Shown here: positions 41,799 to 52,426 of the stretch, piece after piece
Position numbering within the stretch: the stretch's first letter is position 1
How the letters are laid out: every line of letters starts with the position of its first letter
Assembly (NCBI GenBank): GCA_963828195.1
Contig: CAWHDT010000003.1
Coordinates: 32,001 to 96,000 of the forward strand
Origin: Candidatus Bathyarchaeota archaeon
GTDB taxonomy: Archaea; Thermoproteota; Bathyarchaeia; Bathyarchaeales; Bathycorpusculaceae
DNA length: 64,000 bases
Direction: 5' to 3'
Translations under genes and position numbers: made by a program
Notes under the pieces: generated by a model
Told to the model about the DNA's origin: nothing
Database searches by the model: none
The model's input: only the letters and a program-made list of their open reading frames with translations

Positions 41799-42015
41799 AT
41801 GCCCTAACAGAAAAAGTCACCTTCACCGCCACGCTCCAAGCAGCCAACACCGTGCAGATCCCGAAGCTAATCCGTTGGCAATTCTTCTGCTCAAAAATCC
41901 GCAAAGACGACGCATAACGATCCCAAAACTGGTGCTCATCCACCTCCCAAACGAAAAAACAAACCTAACAGGCAACCCAGTAGAAATAACGCTTGAACCA
42001 GCATACCAAAAATAA
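41799..42015 (+). pseudogene. decayed double AbrB/SpoVT-like DNA-binding protein
   Basis: MP-LTEKVTFTATLQAANTVQIPKLIRWQF and KIRKD-RITIPKL...VEITLEPA in different frames; two frameshifts. Confidence 0.6.
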
Positions 42016-42182
42016 AAAAGACACCCCCGACAATTTGCAAAGCTGCCAACCAACCTCATAAAATAGACTATACCCAGCAAGCTTTAGTGGAAAAACTCCG
42101 AGGGAAGCATGCGGAATAACCATTGAAGGCGAAAACAAATGGAAAACTCTGATACAAAATGCGAGCAAAAACAAGCAAAATT

Positions 42183-42434
42183 CTACTCTTGCTTGACTAA
42201 GGTATAATGCCCGTAAATTATTCGTTTAATAACTCGTTCAGGCAAAATTATAGTTGTTTCTTCTATTTCAGAAGAACTGGTTTCGCCCATGCTTTTTGAA
42301 ATAACTTGATCTGGGTCAAATTTCACAAAGGAACCAACAATCTCAACGTTTTTTGTTATATACTTTACGTCACCTAGTTCAGATGTGGTTTGAATCTGGT
42401 ACCAATCAGCTTTCCATTTTTTTTCTTTAGACAA
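42183..42434 (-). CDS. small hypothetical protein (cargo of element A)
   Basis: 83 aa; AGGTGA RBS and TTATAA upstream. Confidence 0.6.
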   Translation of the reverse strand: MSKEKKWKADWYQIQTTSELGDVKYITKNVEIVGSFVKFDPDQVISKSMGETSSSEIEETTIILPERVIKRIIYGHYTLVKQE

Positions 42435-42643
42435 GATGATTCACCTAGCTAAGTTGTTCGGCATCGGAAATTATAAGTTTGCGCTAAGTTAAATAACTTA
42501 ACAGTGCCCGACAAAGTAAACAAGTAACAGACGAATTTTCACAAGATAAATCAGCAGTCACAAACTTCACAGAATCAAAGTTAGGGTTCTGTAAAGTCTC
42601 TAAGGGATAGTTCTCCATGTAAACTTTTGAGGGATAATAAAAA

Positions 42644-42907
42644 CTAAGGGATTATTTTCCCATTTTCATCGTACTTCGTGATGGATACCGATTCCGTAGC
42701 ATGTGCTGTATCGTTTAAGCCAATTCCAACTGACCGAGTAGTTTTGCCACAGACATCGCACCTGTATTCGATATCTGCTTTCTGATGTAGCCCTTGTTCT
42801 GGTCTTGGAACATATTCAAGATACCCTCCATGGCTTGTTAGGTAAAGTTTGCCTTTTCCGCAAAATGGACAGCTCTCTCCTGTTAATTCTTTGATTTCAT
42901 TAACCAA
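42644..42907 (-). CDS. small zinc-ribbon protein (cargo of element B)
   Basis: CPFCG...CDVCG; GGAGG RBS. Confidence 0.7.
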   Translation of the reverse strand: MVNEIKELTGESCPFCGKGKLYLTSHGGYLEYVPRPEQGLHQKADIEYRCDVCGKTTRSVGIGLNDTAHATESVSITKYDENGKIIP

Positions 42908-43018
42908 TTAATCGCCTCCCTATTCCATTCCCTATCTTATTTCCCCTTTTTTAGGTTTTACTACTATTGAGGGAGAAAATAAGTGGAAAACCCTAATACA
43001 AAATGCCAGCAAGAAAGC

Positions 43019-43198
43019 CTAAGTCATTTTGCTGGTTAATTCACGTTTTAAATATGCTGTTACCATAGCTGGATTTTCGCCGCTCCCAACAATTGCAATT
43101 AATTCCCAACCATTTTTTCCCAATTTGTTGAGTGCCTCTACTTGTTTTGGGGCTTCATTACCCATTAGAGTAGTAACAGTGTATTCCCATTTCGCCAT
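43019..43198 (-). CDS. DUF4177-like small protein (59 aa, absent from ORF track)
   Basis: MAKWEYTV...LNKLGKNGWELIAI...AYLKRE; GAGGTGA RBS. Confidence 0.8.
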   Translation of the reverse strand: MAKWEYTVTTLMGNEAPKQVEALNKLGKNGWELIAIVGSGENPAMVTAYLKRELTSKMT

Positions 43199-43451
43199 TT
43201 TTTCACCTCACATGCTTCTTTTAATTTAGGGCTAAGTTGGCTTAAAGTTTACCGTTGCCCAAAGTAAATCAGAACCCCTTCCGACCCACCCCACAACCAG
43301 AATGTCCTTCCGAAAATTAGCAGACGAATTTTCACAAGATAAATCGGCAGACGCAGACTTCACAGAACCACAGTTAGCAAGATTTATATGATTGCAGGCT
43401 ACCTTTGCAAGATAAAAACCCTCACGGGAAATTTACAGTTAGGTGCTTAAT

Positions 43452-43757
43452 ATGTCGGCAAATGTTACACCAATTAAAGATTTGCAGAATGGAATGAAAC
43501 GGGTCAGCGTTGAAGCAAAAGTTGTTGAAAAAGGCGACCCCCGAGAAGTCAGATCACGCTTTAAAGATGAAACCTACAAAATAGTTGACGCTGTAGTTGC
43601 AGACGAAACAGGCAGCGTAAAGCTGACACTGTGGAACGAACAGATCGACCTAGTTAACGTGGGCGACAACGTCAAAATCGACAATGGCTACGTGACCAGC
43701 TTCAAAGGCGAACTTCAACTTAACGTGGGCAAATTCGGAAAACTAGTCGTTGGGTAA
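43452..43757 (+). CDS. ssb: single OB-fold ssDNA-binding protein
   Basis: IKDL, VEAKVVEKG, VADETGSVKLTLW, NGYV..FKGELQLNVGKFG. Confidence 0.88.
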   Translation: MSANVTPIKDLQNGMKRVSVEAKVVEKGDPREVRSRFKDETYKIVDAVVADETGSVKLTLWNEQIDLVNVGDNVKIDNGYVTSFKGELQLNVGKFGKLVVG

Positions 43758-43928
43758 AAACTCAATCAATAATGCCTCTTTTCTATTTTAATGATTTTTT
43801 TGTTTTTTCAAATGTTTTAAGACACGGTCTATTGGCGCCTAAAATGGGCTCGGATTTAGTCAAGAAATCTTGTGGCAATGAATCTTTACAAAAACTCTCT
43901 TAAGAGCACACGCAATACCGTTAATTGA

Positions 43929-45455
43929 GTGAGTGTTATGGCAAAGACCAAGGCTTTTTTGAGCGCATTTTTGATTGTCCTTATGGTTAGCGGGTTAGCT
44001 TTCGTTGGTACGATGCATTTTGGGGCGGCTCAAAGCGGCACAGACGTAAGTTACATAATAAGTCAAGATTCTACGTGGACGCCTGCAGGTAATCCATATA
44101 CGCTTACAGGTGACACTCTTGTGTATCAAGGGGTAACATTAACCATCGAGCCAGGCGTCACAGTGAATCTTGGAAGCTACTACATCGAAGTAAACGGCAC
44201 CCTAAACGCAGTCGGCGGTCCATCTGACAAGATAACCTTCAACGGCGGACAAATAACATTCACCGCTTCCAGCAACGGTTGGAATGAACAGACCGATTCC
44301 GGCTGCATAATCGAAAACTCCATTATCGACCAAACTTCAATATCCAGCATCAACCCCATAAAAATTGATAGCTGCATCATAAACACCCAAATCACCGTCG
44401 CTTCGTCAATAATAACAAACAACATAGTAACTGGCAACATTAATAGCCAATCAGCAATACCAACATTGGGGCAGACTAATGCCCCCGTAGATACATCGGT
44501 AATTTCAGGCAATAACGTCAACGGTAACATAATTGTTGGGGCAGTCTCTTTAGGCGCCATTACAGCACCTTCAGAAGCATGCACAGTTTCCGACAACACA
44601 GTTACGGGTTCAATCATATCGGGCAGCCCCCAAGGTACACCTCAAATATTCAACAATACCGTCAGTGGGGGAGGAACCGAGGGAGGAATCGTGTGTGTTG
44701 GTTATGGCTCTATTTTTAACAATTACGTCTATGGATGCCAGGAGGGCATTAATCTTTTCACTGAGAGAGTTTTCGGCGGTGAACTTCCCTGTTACGCAAC
44801 AGTCGAAAACAACTTGGCAGTCGATAATACTCAAGGCATCAACATTGAGCTTACTTCCGTTTTTGGACCCGGCACCATATGTCCCACAGTTCTAAACAAC
44901 ACAATTTCAGGAAATTCCGTCGGAATATACCTATCTGAGAACTATTACAATTCAACGCCAACCATTCAATATAACAATCTGCAAAACAACTCCAACTACA
45001 ATTTTAACTTAGCCGCACCCAACAACATCGATTTGACCTACAATTGGTGGGGAACAACCGACCCGTCAGCTATCAGCAGCTCAATTTACGATTACAACCA
45101 AGACTTCAATTTAGGTCAAGTAACCTTTACGCCTTTCTTGACCGCTCCAAACCCCGAAGCCGCTTTAAACCCAAATGAGCCAATACCAACGCCAGCGCCT
45201 ACCTCAACCCCAGTGCAGTCTACAGGTCCATCTACTAACCAAACATCAACACAATCGCCGAATCCCCCTTCTTCAACGCCTTCGAAAACCGCTCCTTCAT
45301 CAAGCGCTTCTCCCAGCTCGTCGCCTTTAGCTTTACAATCGCAGAAACCGAGCTCATCGCTACCCACATGGCTGATAGTTGCAGCCGTCGTGATAGCCTT
45401 CATAGTAGTGGCAATTGGAGCATTCTCGTTAGGAAAGAGAGCAAGACCGAAATAG
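43929..45455 (+). CDS. secreted beta-helix surface protein with Pro/Ser/Thr linker and C-terminal anchor
   Basis: WTPAGNPY, LTIEPGV, NWWGTTD, IYD, PFL; PST-rich tail followed by TM. Confidence 0.85.
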   Translation: MSVMAKTKAFLSAFLIVLMVSGLAFVGTMHFGAAQSGTDVSYIISQDSTWTPAGNPYTLTGDTLVYQGVTLTIEPGVTVNLGSYYIEVNGTLNAVGGPSDKITFNGGQITFTASSNGWNEQTDSGCIIENSIIDQTSISSINPIKIDSCIINTQITVASSIITNNIVTGNINSQSAIPTLGQTNAPVDTSVISGNNVNGNIIVGAVSLGAITAPSEACTVSDNTVTGSIISGSPQGTPQIFNNTVSGGGTEGGIVCVGYGSIFNNYVYGCQEGINLFTERVFGGELPCYATVENNLAVDNTQGINIELTSVFGPGTICPTVLNNTISGNSVGIYLSENYYNSTPTIQYNNLQNNSNYNFNLAAPNNIDLTYNWWGTTDPSAISSSIYDYNQDFNLGQVTFTPFLTAPNPEAALNPNEPIPTPAPTSTPVQSTGPSTNQTSTQSPNPPSSTPSKTAPSSSASPSSSPLALQSQKPSSSLPTWLIVAAVVIAFIVVAIGAFSLGKRARPK

Positions 45456-45579
45456 CCATGGCACAGTAATTTTTTTTAAGCAACTGAAAATATATCAGGT
45501 TTAAATCACCATTTTTTTGGAAAATACTTATTAAATCAATTCTTCTTTGGGTCATTTCTCTTAGTTGTGGAGAAGCACC

Positions 45580-47559
45580 ATGCAGTTTCAACTTGTCGCG
45601 CCATTTCAAATCTCGCCCGGTCAGGAAAAGGCAGTTGACCAGCTGGTTAAGAACTTCGCCACGAAAGATGAGCAGACGCTCTTGGGGTTGACGGGCAGCG
45701 GCAAAACCTTTGTGATGGCAAACGTCATCAACCGCCTGCAGAAACCAACCCTAATAATATCTCACAACAAGATTTTGGCGGCGCAACTTTACAGTGAGTT
45801 GAAAGCTTTTTTTCCAAACAACCGCGTGGAGTACTTCATCAGCTTCTACGACTTCTACCAACCCGAATCCTACCTGCCTGCGCAGGACATGTACATAGAG
45901 AAAGATTCAAGCGTAAATGAACAAATAGAAAAAATGCGCATGCACGCCGTCTCCAGCGTAGTCAGCCGAAACGACACCATCATAGTTGCAAGCATAAGCT
46001 GCATCTACAGCCTTGGAAACCCCGAGGACTTCAGAGCTATGGCGCTGAACTTGGAAGTTGGAAAACCACTTACAAGGCAGGGGCTAATCCGCTCGTTGGT
46101 TGATATGCAGTATGAGCGAAATGACATGGTCCTGGAACCCGGAAGGTTCCGCGTAAGAGGGGAAACCGTCGATGTGGTGCCTTCGTATGAGAGCGATATT
46201 TTGCGGGTTGAATTGGACGGAAACAAAGTTGCTAAGCTAAAAGAAGTCCATTTGCTGACGGGCGACGTTAAGGTTACGCTTGATAAGCTTACGCTTTACC
46301 CTGCACGCCAGTACGTCGTGCCAGAAGAGAAGCATGCCTTGGCTCTTGAGGCGATTAAACAAGAATTAGAAACCAGACTTCCCAATCTTCCTCCGCTTGA
46401 GGCGCAGCGGCTAAAACAACGGACAAATTACGATTTGGAAATGATAAGGGAAGTCGGTTTCTGCGCGGGAATGGAGAACTACAGCCGCCACTTTGACGGA
46501 CGCAAGCCGGGTGAGCCCCCGTTCACTTTGATGGATTATTTCCCTAAAGATTATCTTTTGATTATTGATGAAAGTCACCAGAGTATTCCTCAAGCCCACG
46601 CCATGTACAACGGTGACTACTCAAGAAAAAAGAACCTCGTAGACTTCGGCTTCAGACTCCCCAGCGCACTGGACAACAGACCTCTCAAGTTTGAGGAGTT
46701 CGAGCGGAAAATGGGCAAAACCCTCTTCGCATCCGCAACCCCCGCCGAGTACGAACTGGAAAAAAGCGGACCACCTGTTCAATTAATAACTCGGCCCACA
46801 GGTCTTTTAGACCCCGAAGTCGAAATTCACCCAATCGCTGGGCAGATGCAGCATTTAATGGCTGAAGCAAAGAAAACCATTGAGCGCGGAGACCGCGTTT
46901 TAGTTACAACGTTGACGAAGCGGATGGCTGAAGACTTGGCGGATTACCTTGTTAAGGAAGGTTTTCGCGTCCGCTACATGCACTCCGACATTGAAAGCTT
47001 AGACAGAATAGAGCTGGTGCGTGAGCTGCGTGTGGGCGAATTCGACATTTTAGTCGGCATCAACCTGCTCCGTGAAGGCTTAGATATTCCTGAGGTGGCA
47101 ACCATCTTCATCTTAGACGCTGACAAGGAGGGTTTTCTGCGGGACGAGCGGAGCCTCATCCAGACCATTGGGCGAGCGGCAAGAAACGTCAACGGCAGAG
47201 TCGTACTGTATGCTGACGTGGAAACGGCGTCAATTAAGCGAGCTATGAAAATAACAAAGCAACGTCGCGAATTTCAGAAACGGTTCAACAAAATCCACCA
47301 CATCACGCCTAAAACAATCGTTAAGAGTGTTTCCTTAAAAGAAAGCAAGATTAAAGGCACTAAGCACTTGGCGAAATCAGATATCCAGCACCAACTGATT
47401 GAGTTGGACGCGCAGATGAGGGCGTCCGCGGAGAAACTGGATTTTGAGCGGGCTATTGAACTTCGGGATACGATTACAGAGTTGAATTTGGCGTTGGCTA
47501 AGAAAGTGGAAAGTGAAGTGTATAACCAGAAAAAGATGGCTTTAGAGCAAAAAGGTTGA
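45580..47559 (+). CDS. uvrB: excinuclease ABC subunit B
   Basis: GLTGSGKT, YDFYQPESY, IDESH, SATP, LLREGLDIPEV, QTIGRAARN, UVR domain. Confidence 0.97.
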   Translation: MQFQLVAPFQISPGQEKAVDQLVKNFATKDEQTLLGLTGSGKTFVMANVINRLQKPTLIISHNKILAAQLYSELKAFFPNNRVEYFISFYDFYQPESYLPAQDMYIEKDSSVNEQIEKMRMHAVSSVVSRNDTIIVASISCIYSLGNPEDFRAMALNLEVGKPLTRQGLIRSLVDMQYERNDMVLEPGRFRVRGETVDVVPSYESDILRVELDGNKVAKLKEVHLLTGDVKVTLDKLTLYPARQYVVPEEKHALALEAIKQELETRLPNLPPLEAQRLKQRTNYDLEMIREVGFCAGMENYSRHFDGRKPGEPPFTLMDYFPKDYLLIIDESHQSIPQAHAMYNGDYSRKKNLVDFGFRLPSALDNRPLKFEEFERKMGKTLFASATPAEYELEKSGPPVQLITRPTGLLDPEVEIHPIAGQMQHLMAEAKKTIERGDRVLVTTLTKRMAEDLADYLVKEGFRVRYMHSDIESLDRIELVRELRVGEFDILVGINLLREGLDIPEVATIFILDADKEGFLRDERSLIQTIGRAARNVNGRVVLYADVETASIKRAMKITKQRREFQKRFNKIHHITPKTIVKSVSLKESKIKGTKHLAKSDIQHQLIELDAQMRASAEKLDFERAIELRDTITELNLALAKKVESEVYNQKKMALEQKG

Positions 47560-47619
47560 AATCTTTCGTGATAAAACAGGGTATAATTTGAGAAGTGGAG
47601 AAGAGCACAGGTTTACGTT

Positions 47620-50523
47620 ATGAGAGATACTATTTCAATTAAGGGCGCAAGGGAACATAACCTCAAAAACATCGATGTGGACTTGCCCAGAAACAAGTTT
47701 ATAGTTATCACTGGGCTCTCAGGCTCAGGAAAATCCACTCTTGCATTTGACACCCTATACGCTGAAGGCCAAAGACGCTATGTTGAAAGCCTCTCAGCTT
47801 ATGCTAGGCAATTTCTCGGCTTAATGGATAAGCCAGATGTAGACTCTATCGACGGGTTATCTCCCGCAATCTCCATCGAGCAGAAAAGCACCAGCAAAAA
47901 CCCCCGCTCAACCGTCGGCACAGTAACCGAAATATATGATTACCTAAGGCTGCTTTTCGCCCGCATCGGCGTGCATCACTGCCCAAAATGCGGCAGCTCA
48001 ATTCACCCTCAGAGCCCCGAAAACATCACCAGCCTGGTTATGGCTGAGAAAAGAAAAACCCTTGTTTTTTTGGCTCCGATAATTCGGGGCATAAAGGGAA
48101 CGCATGAGCAAGTTTTTGAAGACCTAAAGAAGCAGGGGTACACCAAAATACGTGCGGACCAGAAAATTTACGATTCAGACTCAATCAAAGAAGAAGTTAA
48201 GCTGGTACGCTACGAGAAACACTGGATTGAAGCCGTTATTGACACGGTGAAAATCGTTGACGAGGAGCGGTCACGCATTTCTGAGGCTGTGGAGCAGGCG
48301 CTTCAAGTCGGCAAAGGAACCATGATTGTTATCGACGCAGAAAAAGAAGCGGATGCGGAAAAGAAGAAGGAGCTAGAACGTTTCCAAGATGAAACCATGT
48401 ACAGCACCTTCGGAGCCTGCCCAAACCATCCCGAAATCGTGTTTGAAAGCCTCGAACCCCGCATGTTCTCATTTAACTCGCCCTTCGGCGCCTGCACAAC
48501 CTGCCATGGCCTGGGCGAAATCACAGAAATATCCCAAGACAAAGTTATCCCCGACAAAAACCTCTCCATAATGGATGGAGCACTGGCGATTTACGGCAGC
48601 ATGGATCTTAGCTGGAGGGCGCAGCAGCTTGCAACAGTTGGGAAAAAACACGGATTCGACGTTTTCACCCCGATAAAAGATTTTACTGAACAGCAACTGC
48701 ACGTGTTATTGTACGGCGATCGGGAACCTCTGACTGGTCAATGGTCTAATGGGGCAAGCATGTGGATGCGTGACGGCTGGGAAGGCGTAATCCCACAAAC
48801 CATGCGGCTTTATCGGCAGACAGAAAGTGCGTGGCGAAAGGAAGACATTGAAAAATTCATGACATCGCGACCATGCAACGCCTGCAAAGGCAAAAAACTT
48901 CAACCTGTGGTTCTTGCAGTCAAAATCTTGGATAAAAGCATCATCGACACGACGGACCTTTCAATTGAAGAAGCCGTTGAATTCTTCCAGAATCTACCCG
49001 CTAAGCTGAACGAGAAAGAATTAGCCATAGCTAAGCAGGTGCTAAAGGAAGTTAACGAGCGGTTGGGTTTTCTTAAGAACGTTGGGTTAGGCTATCTTTC
49101 GCTTTCCCGCGCGGCAAAAACGCTTTCGGGCGGCGAGGCGCAGAGAATCCGTTTGGCAACGCAAATCGGTAGCAACCTGATGGGGGTCCTCTACATTCTT
49201 GATGAACCCAGCATCGGCTTACACCAACGCGACAACACTAAACTCATCAGCACACTGCACCGCCTCCGCGATTTAGGCAACACCCTCATAGTTGTTGAGC
49301 ACGACGAGGAAACCATACGCAACGCGGACTACATCGTTGACATGGGACCAGGAGCAGGCGTCCACGGAGGACACATCGTCGCGGAGGGTTCGCCTGAGGA
49401 AATCATGGCGAATAAGCGCAGCCTCACGGGGAAATACCTTTCAGGCGAATTAAAAATTGAAGTTCCCGAAACAAGACGCCAACCAGTCGGCTACATCACC
49501 GTTAAAGGAGCACAAGAAAACAACCTCAAAAACCTCACCGTGCAGCTGCCTTTGGGAGTACTTTGCGGAGTTACAGGTGTTTCGGGTTCAGGCAAGAGCA
49601 CGCTGATGAATTTAACCACCATCCCCGTTTTGCGGCAAATGTTCGGCGAACACATCGACAAAGTAGGCAAACACGAATCCATCGAGGTTCCCCCATTCGT
49701 CAGAAACGTCATAGTTATCGACCAAGACCCAATCGGCAGAACCCCCAGAAGCAACCCAGCAACTTACACCAAGCTTTTTGACGAGATCAGACGAATTTTC
49801 GCTTCAACTAAAGAAGCTAAAGCACGCGGGTACAAGGAAGGGCGATTCAGCTTTAACGTGAAAGGCGGCAGATGCGAAACCTGCCAAGGCGATGGAGTGC
49901 TGCGTATAGAAATGAATTTTCTGCCCGACGTCTACGTTCAATGCAGCGACTGCAAAGGCAAACGATACAACAAAGAAACCCTCAGCATACTCTTTAAAGG
50001 CAAAAACATCGCTGAAGTATTAGACATGACCGTTGAGGAAGCAGCAAAGTTCTTTGAGAATACCCCGAGAATTTCGCGCAAACTAACCACGCTCTTAGAC
50101 GTGGGACTCGGCTACATTAAGCTTGGTCAAAGCTCAACTACGTTGTCTGGCGGGGAAAGCCAACGCATCAAAATCACCCGTGAACTCAGCAAAAACAAGT
50201 CTGGGCACGTGGTTTACATGCTTGACGAACCCACCACGGGGCTGCATTTCGACGACACGAAACGGCTAATTAAGGTGCTGAATCGACTGGTTGACAACGG
50301 CAACACCGTTTACATTATCGAGCACAACCTAGATGTGATTAAAAGCTGCGATTACCTAATCGATTTGGGTCCTGAAGGCGGAGCGGCAGGCGGGGAACTA
50401 CTCGCTAAAGGAACGCCTGAAGAAGTTGCGCAGATGGATGTATGTTACACTGGCATGTTTTTGAAGAAAATACTTAACCGTCCACAAGAAGAAATTAGTT
50501 TGGCAGTGAAGCAGCCTGCATGA
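47620..50523 (+). CDS. uvrA: excinuclease ABC subunit A
   Basis: GAREHNLKN, two Walker A and LSGGE motifs, Zn fingers. Confidence 0.97.
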   Translation: MRDTISIKGAREHNLKNIDVDLPRNKFIVITGLSGSGKSTLAFDTLYAEGQRRYVESLSAYARQFLGLMDKPDVDSIDGLSPAISIEQKSTSKNPRSTVGTVTEIYDYLRLLFARIGVHHCPKCGSSIHPQSPENITSLVMAEKRKTLVFLAPIIRGIKGTHEQVFEDLKKQGYTKIRADQKIYDSDSIKEEVKLVRYEKHWIEAVIDTVKIVDEERSRISEAVEQALQVGKGTMIVIDAEKEADAEKKKELERFQDETMYSTFGACPNHPEIVFESLEPRMFSFNSPFGACTTCHGLGEITEISQDKVIPDKNLSIMDGALAIYGSMDLSWRAQQLATVGKKHGFDVFTPIKDFTEQQLHVLLYGDREPLTGQWSNGASMWMRDGWEGVIPQTMRLYRQTESAWRKEDIEKFMTSRPCNACKGKKLQPVVLAVKILDKSIIDTTDLSIEEAVEFFQNLPAKLNEKELAIAKQVLKEVNERLGFLKNVGLGYLSLSRAAKTLSGGEAQRIRLATQIGSNLMGVLYILDEPSIGLHQRDNTKLISTLHRLRDLGNTLIVVEHDEETIRNADYIVDMGPGAGVHGGHIVAEGSPEEIMANKRSLTGKYLSGELKIEVPETRRQPVGYITVKGAQENNLKNLTVQLPLGVLCGVTGVSGSGKSTLMNLTTIPVLRQMFGEHIDKVGKHESIEVPPFVRNVIVIDQDPIGRTPRSNPATYTKLFDEIRRIFASTKEAKARGYKEGRFSFNVKGGRCETCQGDGVLRIEMNFLPDVYVQCSDCKGKRYNKETLSILFKGKNIAEVLDMTVEEAAKFFENTPRISRKLTTLLDVGLGYIKLGQSSTTLSGGESQRIKITRELSKNKSGHVVYMLDEPTTGLHFDDTKRLIKVLNRLVDNGNTVYIIEHNLDVIKSCDYLIDLGPEGGAAGGELLAKGTPEEVAQMDVCYTGMFLKKILNRPQEEISLAVKQPA

Positions 50524-52124
50524 TCCAAATAACGTGTCCCAAAGACTTCAAAAGCCAAAATATGCCGACAAACCCGGGAGTTTACCTCTTCAGGAACGAG
50601 CTGGACGAAATCCTATACATCGGCAAAGCCAAAAGCTTGCGTTCCCGCGTTAAAAGCTACTTCGCAAACACGGACCAACCTGCGAAAACGCGGCAGCTGG
50701 TTTCCAGAATCCGCAGCATCGACTGGATCATCGTCAACAACGAGGTTGAGGCACTTCTTTTGGAGAACAAGCTGGTTAAGCAGCATACGCCCAAATACAA
50801 TATTGATCTCAAAGACGCTAAAACCTTCGCATACATCTCGCTGACAAGAGAACCTTACCCAAGGATTCTGACCAGCCGCAAAGTCTCGCGTAAACTCGAA
50901 TCATTCGGACCTTACACTGAGGGCTTCATACGCCAGGACCTTCAGCGACTTGTAACGCGGGTCTTCAAACTACGCACCTGCAAAACAATGCATCAACGCG
51001 CATGCTTAAACTACCACATCCACATTTGCACTGCACCCTGCATCCAAAAAGCCACGGCAGAACAGTACGCTGAGCAGGTCAAACAGGCACGGTCTTTTCT
51101 AAACGGCAACTACCAGCAAACAATCGAAGCGCTTAACTCTCAGATGCAAACCGCCTCTGAGCAGCGGCAATACGAGACCGCGCTTGACCTACGCAACCAA
51201 ATCGCATCAATCCGCCTCCTGACGCAACATCAGATTGTTGACCATGAACGGCGATTTGACCAGGACATCATGGCGTTTAAACGGGTCAGCGAGAAGATGC
51301 TGACGGTGCAGATGGGCGTGCGCAAGGGCGTCTTGCGAGGAAAAACTCAGTTCACCGTTGATCTTCAACCCCAGATTGAACAGGAATTCCTAAAAGCCTT
51401 CTACACAACCAACCAAATCCCACGCGAAATACTGCTAAACAAGCCCTGCTGGCAGGAACCTGAAGAGAAAAAAGCACTCGAAGAATTCCTCTCCACAAAA
51501 AGGTTGGCGCCCGTTTCCCTGACGATTCCAAGAAGAGCGGATAAGCTTGCGCTTGTAAAGTTGGCGGAGAAAAATCTTGAGTCCACCTTGGAAGTGGATA
51601 GTGCACTTGTTGATTTGCAGGCTGCGGTTAACTTGCCTGTGCTGCCGCGTGTGATTGAGTGCTTTGATGTTTCCAACTTGGGACAGGAACACGTGGTTTC
51701 AGGCATGGTCAGCTTCCGTGACGCGAAGCCGGACAAGAAAAACTACCGCAAATTCAAAATCAAAACCTTCTTGGGTCAAGATGATTTTGCCGCTGTCAAC
51801 GAGGTCGTTGCCCGCCGATACAAACGTTTAACTGAAGAGAAGGGTCAACTTCCAGATTTAGTTATGATTGACGGGGGACCCGGTCAGGTGAGCGCCGCAA
51901 AAGCTGCGTTGCAAACGCTTGGACTGCAGATTCCGCTTATCGGCTTAGCTAAGGCGCATGAGGAAATCTATTTGCCAAACGAGCCCACACCAAAAATCTT
52001 TGACAAGAACAGCCGAATGATGCTTCTGCTCAGAAAAATCCGCGATGCCGCACATGACTTCTCGCTGAGCTACAATCTTAAGAGGCGGCAGATGAAGATT
52101 AGGGAAGAATTTAAGCATCGATGA
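50520..52124 (+). CDS. uvrC: excinuclease ABC subunit C (no C-terminal HhH domain)
   Basis: GIY-YIG (PGVY...YIGKA), Cys-rich region, ECFDVSN, IDGG, RDAAH. Confidence 0.95.
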   Translation: MIQITCPKDFKSQNMPTNPGVYLFRNELDEILYIGKAKSLRSRVKSYFANTDQPAKTRQLVSRIRSIDWIIVNNEVEALLLENKLVKQHTPKYNIDLKDAKTFAYISLTREPYPRILTSRKVSRKLESFGPYTEGFIRQDLQRLVTRVFKLRTCKTMHQRACLNYHIHICTAPCIQKATAEQYAEQVKQARSFLNGNYQQTIEALNSQMQTASEQRQYETALDLRNQIASIRLLTQHQIVDHERRFDQDIMAFKRVSEKMLTVQMGVRKGVLRGKTQFTVDLQPQIEQEFLKAFYTTNQIPREILLNKPCWQEPEEKKALEEFLSTKRLAPVSLTIPRRADKLALVKLAEKNLESTLEVDSALVDLQAAVNLPVLPRVIECFDVSNLGQEHVVSGMVSFRDAKPDKKNYRKFKIKTFLGQDDFAAVNEVVARRYKRLTEEKGQLPDLVMIDGGPGQVSAAKAALQTLGLQIPLIGLAKAHEEIYLPNEPTPKIFDKNSRMMLLLRKIRDAAHDFSLSYNLKRRQMKIREEFKHR

Positions 52125-52426
52125 ACAGTTAAAGCTCTTAGAAGCGCAAGGCATGAGCTACGTTTTGCCCGCCAGAGTAGTTAAGTAACAAGCAACCTGT
52201 AGAGGTAAAACTGCCTTAATCAATTAAAGCAAGGGCAAAAAGTTCGAAGGCTCATAAGTATCTTGTAATTAAATAGCAAATTGGCGCCTTATTTGACCAG
52301 TTTCCACCGCTTCTTAATTCTGTACCGTGCGTTATTTTGTATGTCGCAAAAGCGAATTGGCGAAAGCTTAAAAGTAAAAGTGGTGTAGATGTCGTTTCAC
52401 AACATGGAAGAGAGGATAGACTAAAA

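Larger units (their letters stand above)
41602..42576. mobile_element. non-autonomous mini-element A bounded by AAAGTTAG direct repeats
   Basis: AAAGTTAG at 41594-41601 and 42577-42584; degenerate inverted ends; right end shared with element B. Confidence 0.6.
42585..43369. mobile_element. non-autonomous mini-element B with 15-bp terminal inverted repeats
   Basis: Left GGTTCTGTAAAGTCT versus reverse complement of right end GGTTCTGTGAAGTCT (14/15); flanked by AAAGTTAG and ACAGTTAG. Confidence 0.75.

Noticed and set aside
41576-42174. Several overlapping 60-85 aa ORFs
   Set aside because: Products of the low-complexity CCGTT array and the AbrB-like pseudogene frames.
43029-43229. Plus-strand 66-aa ORF
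   Set aside because: Antisense shadow of the DUF4177-like gene, which has a clear RBS.
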